Assembly (NCBI GenBank): GCA_036488915.1
Contig: DASXGU010000134.1
Span: forward strand, 1 to 55,044
Direction: 5' to 3'
Origin: Gemmatimonadaceae bacterium
GTDB lineage: Bacteria; Gemmatimonadota; Gemmatimonadetes; Gemmatimonadales; Gemmatimonadaceae
DNA: 55,044 nt
Below, one piece after another: positions 50,482 to 55,044 of the stretch. The position numbers were made by a program, and so were the translations under genes. The notes under the pieces were generated by a model. That model ran no database searches and was not told the origin of the DNA. It saw only the letters and a list, made by a program, of their open reading frames with translations. Position 1 is the first letter of the stretch. Each line of letters starts with the position of its first letter.

Positions 50482-51773
50482 GGATAAACCTTCACCTCGG
50501 GAATCGGAACTACGAATCGACCACCCCACTCGGTGATTCCGGCCAGTTGTCCCATGATCTCCGATTTGATATTCCATGGAAGTATCAGCACGTAGTCGGG
50601 ACGGGCCTCCCAGAGCCGTTCGGGCGCGTGGATCGGGATGTGTGTTCCGGGTAAGAATTTGCCGTGCTTATGCGGGCTGCGGTCGACCGTGAACTCGACG
50701 AAGTCGGTTCGAATACCGCAGTAATTGAGAAGCGTGTTGCCTTTTCCGGGGGCGCCATAGCCCACCACTCGCTTACCGGCGCGCCTCGCGGCGATGAGAA
50801 ACTCGAGCAGCTTGTGCTTGGTCGCACGCACCCGCGCTTCAAACCTCTCGTAGTACTCCATGGTCGCGACTCCGGCAGCCTCTTCGCGCTCACGCAGCGC
50901 GACGAGTCGATCGGTGACCTCGTGGGTCGTGTCTTCCGCGTGATGCGCGTAAATACGGAGCGAGCCTCCATGAGTCGGCAGCTCCTCGACGTCGAAAAGA
51001 GGAAGACCGTGGGCGGCGAAAATCCGCTCCACGGAATACAGCGAGAAATACGAGAAGTGCTCGTGATAGACCTGGTCGAACTGATTTCCGTCGATGGTCT
51101 GCAGCAAGTGCGGAAACTCGATCGTGACCACCCCGGAGCTCGCAAGCAGAATTCTGATGCCGCCGACGAAATCGTTGAGATCGGGCACCTGCGCCAGAAC
51201 GTTGTTGCCGAGCACCAGGTCTGCCTGACGGCCGGCGTTCGCCAGTTCGGTCGCCGTGTCCACACCGAAGAATTGGACGAGAGTGGGCACGCCCTTCGAC
51301 TCAGCGACCTTCGCCACGTTGGCCGCCGGCTCGATTCCCAGAGAGGGAATACCCTGCTTCACGAAATACTGGAGGAGGTAGCCGTCGTTGCTGGCTAGCT
51401 CGACGACCCGGCTCTTGCTGGTGAGGCCGAACCGCTCGATCATCTGCTCGACGTAGTGTCTGGCGTGGTTGAGCCAGGAATCGGAAAACGACGAGAAGTA
51501 AGCGTAGTCGGTGAAGATGTCCTCACCCGTCACGTACTCCTCGAGCTGCACCAGGAAACAGCGTTCGCAGACCCATAGGAGGAGCGGATAAAACGGCTCC
51601 ATCTGGTTCAGCTGGTCCGCCCTGAGGAAACTCTCGCACAAGGGTGACATGCCGAGGTCGAGGACGCGGTTTCGGAAAGGCGTCCCACAGAAGCGGCAGC
51701 ATCCGGATTTCGGTCGGCCGGCAATCGCGGGCGGCCAGGCGGTTCTCGGTTCCATCACTGCAACGGCTGTCAT
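50478..51773 (-). CDS. NDP-hexose C-methyltransferase (zinc-binding, class I SAM)
   Basis: CRFC, DLGMSPL, C..C.LVQL, ELASNDGYLL, FDQVYHEH.SY, HGGSLR, GYGAPGKGNTLLN. Confidence 0.9.
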   Translation of the reverse strand: MTAVAVMEPRTAWPPAIAGRPKSGCCRFCGTPFRNRVLDLGMSPLCESFLRADQLNQMEPFYPLLLWVCERCFLVQLEEYVTGEDIFTDYAYFSSFSDSWLNHARHYVEQMIERFGLTSKSRVVELASNDGYLLQYFVKQGIPSLGIEPAANVAKVAESKGVPTLVQFFGVDTATELANAGRQADLVLGNNVLAQVPDLNDFVGGIRILLASSGVVTIEFPHLLQTIDGNQFDQVYHEHFSYFSLYSVERIFAAHGLPLFDVEELPTHGGSLRIYAHHAEDTTHEVTDRLVALREREEAAGVATMEYYERFEARVRATKHKLLEFLIAARRAGKRVVGYGAPGKGNTLLNYCGIRTDFVEFTVDRSPHKHGKFLPGTHIPIHAPERLWEARPDYVLILPWNIKSEIMGQLAGITEWGGRFVVPIPEVKVYP

Positions 51774-52170
51774 TCGATCCAGTTCCCCCGGCTCACGTTC
51801 AGGTAATCATAGGTTCGTCCGGGAGCCGCAATGATGCCGCCTGCGGTCGCGGATACCGGCGTTTTGGCAAATCGCGCTCCGCACATTTGCACCCGGGAAT
51901 CGGTGTGCTGGCGGCCGGCGGGATGGCTTCGAGCCGCCGCAGCGACGCTCAACGGGTGTTTCGACCCCGCTCTTGACGCCAATTCGCTGTGGCTCGGGAC
52001 CCCTCTTCTGTCGGACAGACGCAACAGTTCCCAACAGCGCGTTTGCTTATTCCGCCCCAAATGGACGTTACGCGGTGTTCGTACCGGGCGCATGAGTTGC
52101 GACTGTGGCGCCGGCGCGCGGGGGAGGGCTCTCGGGCGCCTTCGCCACAACACACAAAATGGGGCAGGGA

Positions 52171-53229
52171 ATGCGCGTCTTGATCACAGGTCACAACGGA
52201 TACATCGGCTCCGTGCTGGCGCCCATGGTGAGGCAGGCGGGTCATGACGTGGTTGGCCTGGATACCTTCCTGTTCGAGGGCGGGACCTTCGGAAAGGACA
52301 CAGCCCGAATCGATTCCATCCGTATGGATCTCCGCGATGTGGAGGCGGAGGATCTGCGTGGCTTCGATGCGATCATGCACCTGGCCGCGCTGTCGAACGA
52401 TCCGGTGGGTGATCTCAATCCCCAGGTGACTTACGACATCAACCACCTCGGCTCGGTGCGCCTCGCCAGAATGGCGAAAGAGGCCGGGGTGGAGCGCCTG
52501 ATTTTCGCGTCTTCTTGCAGCCTCTACGGCGTCGCCGGCGACCAGATGCTCGACGAGAAAGCGGCCATGAATCCGATCACGGCTTATGGAGTGACGAAAG
52601 TTCTGTTCGAGAAGGACGTCGCCCAACTCGCCGACGATGATTTCAGTCCGACCTTCCTGCGTAACGCCACCGCCTACGGAGTCTCTCCGAGGCTCCGGGC
52701 CGATGTCGTCGTCAACAATCTGGTCGGCATCGCCTACACCACCGGAGAAGTCCTGATCCAGAGTGACGGCACGCCGTGGCGACCACTGGTTCACATTGAG
52801 GATATCGCGCAGGCCTTCATCGCCGTGCTGCACGCGCCGCGCGAGAAGGTTCACAACGAGGCATTCAACGTCGGGCAGAGCGAAGAGAACTATCGGGTCC
52901 GCGATCTCGGCGCACTGGTCGAACAGGTCATTCCCGGCAGCAAGGTGAAGTACGCCGAAGGCGGCGGACCCGATCCGCGATGCTACCGGGTCGACTGCGG
53001 CAAGCTCGCGCGTGCTCTGCCGGAATTCCGTCCGAAATGGACCGTCCGGCGCGGTATGGAGCAGCTCCGCGATGCATTCGAGCGGAACGGCCTCACCAGA
53101 GACGAGCTGCTGGGCGACCGCTATTTCCGCATCAAGCGGCTCCGCGCGCTACAGGCACAGGGGCTGATCGACGATTCGCTGCGCTGGGTTCTGAGCGATA
53201 AGCCGGCCCTGGTGGAGGCGGGAATATGA
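52171..53229 (+). CDS. NAD-dependent epimerase/dehydratase
   Basis: LITGHNGYIG, HLAALSNDP, FASSCSLYG, Y...K, LRNATAYG. Confidence 0.9.
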   Translation: MRVLITGHNGYIGSVLAPMVRQAGHDVVGLDTFLFEGGTFGKDTARIDSIRMDLRDVEAEDLRGFDAIMHLAALSNDPVGDLNPQVTYDINHLGSVRLARMAKEAGVERLIFASSCSLYGVAGDQMLDEKAAMNPITAYGVTKVLFEKDVAQLADDDFSPTFLRNATAYGVSPRLRADVVVNNLVGIAYTTGEVLIQSDGTPWRPLVHIEDIAQAFIAVLHAPREKVHNEAFNVGQSEENYRVRDLGALVEQVIPGSKVKYAEGGGPDPRCYRVDCGKLARALPEFRPKWTVRRGMEQLRDAFERNGLTRDELLGDRYFRIKRLRALQAQGLIDDSLRWVLSDKPALVEAGI

Positions 53230-54140
53230 AGGTCGTGATCTTTTGCGGGGGCCTGGGGATGCGCCTTCGCGAGGTGGGCGAGGATATCCCCAAACCAATG
53301 GTGCCGATCGGACACCGTCCGATACTCTGGCATCTAATGAAGTACTATGCCCATTACGGCCACACCGACTTCATCCTGTGCCTCGGGTACCGGGGCGATG
53401 TTATCAAGAAGTATTTCCTCAACTACGAGGAGACGAGCTCCAACGACTTCGTGCTCTCCGGCGGCGGCCGCGAGATCGAGCTGATGAACCGCGACATCTC
53501 CGACTGGCGGATCACCTTTGCCGACACCGGCGTGAATGCCAACATCGGCCAGCGGCTGATGGCGGTGCGGAAGTACCTGACGCATGAGGAGGCATTTCTC
53601 GCCAATTACGCGGATGGTCTGACGGACATGCACCTGCCTTCGGCGCTCGAGCGCTTCGAGTCGCGCGGCAAGATCGGAAACTTCGTCAGCATCAGGCCGA
53701 ACCTGAGCTTCCACGCCGTGTCTGGTCTCTCCGATGGGCGCGTCAGCGAGATCAAACCGGTGCGCGAGACCGACCTCCGCATCAACACCGGGTTTTTCAT
53801 GTTCAGACGCGAGATCTTCGACTACATGCGCCCCGGGGAAGAGCTGGTCGAGCAGCCATTCCAGCGGCTCATCGCGGCTGACCAGCTGCACGCCTACGCC
53901 TACGATGGGTTCACGGCGTCCATGGATACCTTCAAGGACAAGCAGCACTTCGACGAGCTTTACGTCAAAGGCACGGCGCCCTGGGAGGTCTGGCTCCGTC
54001 AACCGGCTGGAGGGAACGGCGTCGCCGATGCGCCGATGCAGAAGGACGCGACACCCGTGCGGTTTCCGAATGGCCAGAACTACGTCAGCCCGTTTGGGCT
54101 GGCGGCGACGGAGCCGGCGGAAAAGTCCGTCTGGCCCTAG
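53226..54140 (+). CDS. rfbF: Glucose-1-phosphate cytidylyltransferase-like nucleotidyltransferase
   Basis: CGGLGMRLRE....PKPMVPIG.RPILWH.MKYYAHYG..DFILCLGY, NYADG, MDTFKD. Confidence 0.82.
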   Translation: MKVVIFCGGLGMRLREVGEDIPKPMVPIGHRPILWHLMKYYAHYGHTDFILCLGYRGDVIKKYFLNYEETSSNDFVLSGGGREIELMNRDISDWRITFADTGVNANIGQRLMAVRKYLTHEEAFLANYADGLTDMHLPSALERFESRGKIGNFVSIRPNLSFHAVSGLSDGRVSEIKPVRETDLRINTGFFMFRREIFDYMRPGEELVEQPFQRLIAADQLHAYAYDGFTASMDTFKDKQHFDELYVKGTAPWEVWLRQPAGGNGVADAPMQKDATPVRFPNGQNYVSPFGLAATEPAEKSVWP

Positions 54141-54160
54141 TCAGTAGCCAGGGGCGCGCA

Positions 54161-55044
54161 GTGACATCAGCATCAAGCCGTTCAGTCGTAGTCGGGGGCG
54201 GAATCGTCGGCCTCGCCACCGCCGTGGCAATGGCAGAGCGCGGCCACCCACCGGTAGTTCTCGAAGCGGAGAACGGTCTGGCCCAGCATCAGACCGGACA
54301 CAACAGCGGCGTGATTCATTCCGGGCTGTACTACCGTCCCGGCTCGCTCAAGGCGCGGACGTGTCGCGCCGGCATGAAAGCCATGTATCGATTCTGCGCT
54401 GAAGAGAAGATTCCGCATCGGCAATGCGGGAAGCTCGTGGTCGCCGTAGACAAATCAGAAGTCTCCGCTCTCAACGCGCTCGAGGACAGGGGTCGAGCAA
54501 ACGGCGTCGCGCTCGAGCGAATTGGCGCCGACGAAATCAGGGAGCACGAGCCGGCGGTCAAAGGGGTCGCCGGACTCTGGGTAAGTGAGACCGGTATCGT
54601 CGATTACACCGCGGTGACGGCCGCGCTTGCCCGCCGTCTGATTCGGCTGGGTGGCGAGGTCAGACTTGGAAGTCGCGTCCTGATGATCCGACGCGACGGA
54701 AAGTCGATAGTGGTTCGCACACCACGCGACGAGATCCACGCCTCGCGCCTGGTGAACTGCGCCGGATTGCAGAGCGATCGGGTCGCGAGGATGGCAGGGA
54801 TAGCGCCGCAAGTCCGGATCGTGCCCTTCCGCGGCGAATATTACACGCTGAAAGAAACGCGATCCGCTCTGGTTCGCGGATTGATTTATCCCGTTCCCGA
54901 TCCGAGCCTGCCATTTCTCGGCGTGCATTTCACCAGGGGCATCGACGGCGTAGTGGAAGCCGGCCCGAACGCCGTGCTCGCGCTCAAGCGCGAGGGGTAT
55001 TCTCGCGGCGATGTATCGGTGCGGGATCTGGCCGAGCTGGCGCG
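54161..55044 (+). CDS. lhgO: L-2-hydroxyglutarate oxidase-like FAD oxidoreductase (runs off window end; not in ORF track)
   Basis: GTG 54161; VGGGIVGLATA, HQTGHNSGVIHSGLYY.PGSLKA, PFRGEYY, IYPVPDP..PFLGVHFT, GPNA. Confidence 0.88.
   Translation, partial: MTSASSRSVVVGGGIVGLATAVAMAERGHPPVVLEAENGLAQHQTGHNSGVIHSGLYYRPGSLKARTCRAGMKAMYRFCAEEKIPHRQCGKLVVAVDKSEVSALNALEDRGRANGVALERIGADEIREHEPAVKGVAGLWVSETGIVDYTAVTAALARRLIRLGGEVRLGSRVLMIRRDGKSIVVRTPRDEIHASRLVNCAGLQSDRVARMAGIAPQVRIVPFRGEYYTLKETRSALVRGLIYPVPDPSLPFLGVHFTRGIDGVVEAGPNAVLALKREGYSRGDVSVRDLAELA

Noticed and set aside
51774-52170. Second riboswitch or sRNA in the 400-nt divergent intergenic region
   Set aside because: Only short GC hairpins; no GEMM or other recognisable aptamer on either strand by eye

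Overview
GC-rich bacterial chromosomal segment, most likely from a Gemmatimonadota-like organism (inferred from gene content and protein style, not from a marker gene). Order: two paralogous lytic transglycosylases flanking an XRE-HTH fusion gene; DMT transporter; M14 and S9 peptidases; ABC transporter; a divergent persulfide dioxygenase/rhodanese and MoeB-rhodanese pair; pdxH, speA, sodA, DedA, M15 peptidase, DUF488 and TrmJ-like genes; an alternative complex III operon (actABCDEF) behind a perfect Rex-type operator; a TPP enzyme; tRNA-Ala(TGC) followed by an approx. 7.7 kb integrase-less accessory islet (ECF sigma, anti-sigma, secreted and outer-membrane proteins); then a surface-glycan region. 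The most notable signal is in that last region: a complete GEMM-I cyclic-dinucleotide riboswitch with A at the Vc2 G20-equivalent position (the variant associated with 3',3'-cGAMP sensing), arranged as a probable ON switch for an Ig/FN3 surface protein. It lies near two catalytically dead REC-GGDEF proteins that keep the RxxD I-site, a soluble histidine kinase and modified-sugar biosynthesis genes. No CRISPR array, rRNA, transposase or integrase was seen. All calls come from reading the sequence; no searches or folding programs were run.
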